A stretch of DNA of 64,000 bases from Eledone cirrhosa (taxonomy: Eukaryota). The DNA lies in NCBI GenBank assembly GCA_964016885.1, contig OZ024760.1:16678001-16742000 (forward strand), read 5' to 3'. The position numbers and the translations under genes are program-made. The notes beneath the pieces were generated by a model. The model worked only from the letters and a program-made list of their open reading frames with translations, was not told the origin of the DNA and ran no database searches. Below, one piece after another: positions 63,304 to 64,000 of the stretch. Within the stretch, counting starts at the first letter, position 1. Each line of letters starts with the position of its first letter.

Positions 63304-63659
63304 ATTCGTGGTCCCGGCATTCGCAGTCCCGGTTATTCGTGGAATTTTCCTTAGAACCTAACTAATAATTGTTTGTGGAAACCACCGCATATTTGCAGAA
63401 CCGTAAATATCTTCTGCGATTTTTTTTTTTTTTTTTTTTTTTTTCTAATGGATTTTTTTCGTGGCAATATATATTTTTTCACACTTTTTAATGCTAAACT
63501 ATTAATAACAATATACAGTATTTGCCAGCCTATATCTTACGTTCTGTTTTGACAGTTTATAGGCATTTTTATGGACCACGTCCAATATTCGTGCTTTTTT
63601 CATTCTTCATGGATGCTCGGAATGTCACCTTCGTGAATACCATGGGGCAAGTGTATGTC

Positions 63660-63840
63660 GGTCATTAAGATGTCGGACAGAATGCTTTACGGTATTTGTC
63701 CCACCTCATTGCATGCTCTGGGTTCAAATCCTGCCGAGGTCAACTTTGCCTTTCATCCTTACTGGGGTCGATAAAATAAAGTACCAGTAATACACTGGGG
63801 TAATTGCTGGCCTTGTGCCAAAAGTAGAAACAATTATTTA
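63660..63840 (+). mobile_element. Family A SINE
   Basis: B-box, core and tail. Confidence 0.8.
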
Positions 63841-64000
63841 TTCAAAGTAATCCAACTTATTTTACTAACGGGATAAACAAATATATTCAGGATGCAGTCC
63901 CGCACTCCTTACTTTATTATATTATGATGAATCTTCTTTCACACACACACACACACACATATATACATATTAACTGCATATATATTTTCTATATTCCAGT

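Overview
AT-rich eukaryotic DNA saturated with microsatellites. The SINE families, (TA)n/(CA)n density and intron style suggest an octopus (coleoid cephalopod) genome; this is inferred from repeat content only. Nearly all listed ORFs are microsatellite artefacts. The one well-supported gene is an SLC18B1-like MFS vesicular transporter on +: nine GT-AG coding exons at 56158-63249 join in frame, and the 3' end lies beyond the window. The rest is two tRNA-derived SINE families, RTE and CR1 LINE fragments, MITEs, a 5.6 kb (TA)n array and several minisatellites. Most interesting: (1) more than ten minimal type I hammerhead ribozyme motifs, with four fold-back repeats (arms 49-700 bp) that are head-to-head pairs of hammerhead-bearing, Penelope-like ends; (2) a recent inverted copy of the SLC18B1 first coding exon patched into a SINE 42.5 kb upstream; (3) six perfect GGTCAnnnTGACC (ERE-type) palindromes in tandem in an SLC18B1 intron; (4) a 2.85 kb 27-bp minisatellite amplified from a SINE tRNA head. 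All calls were made by eye; repeat boundaries are approximate.
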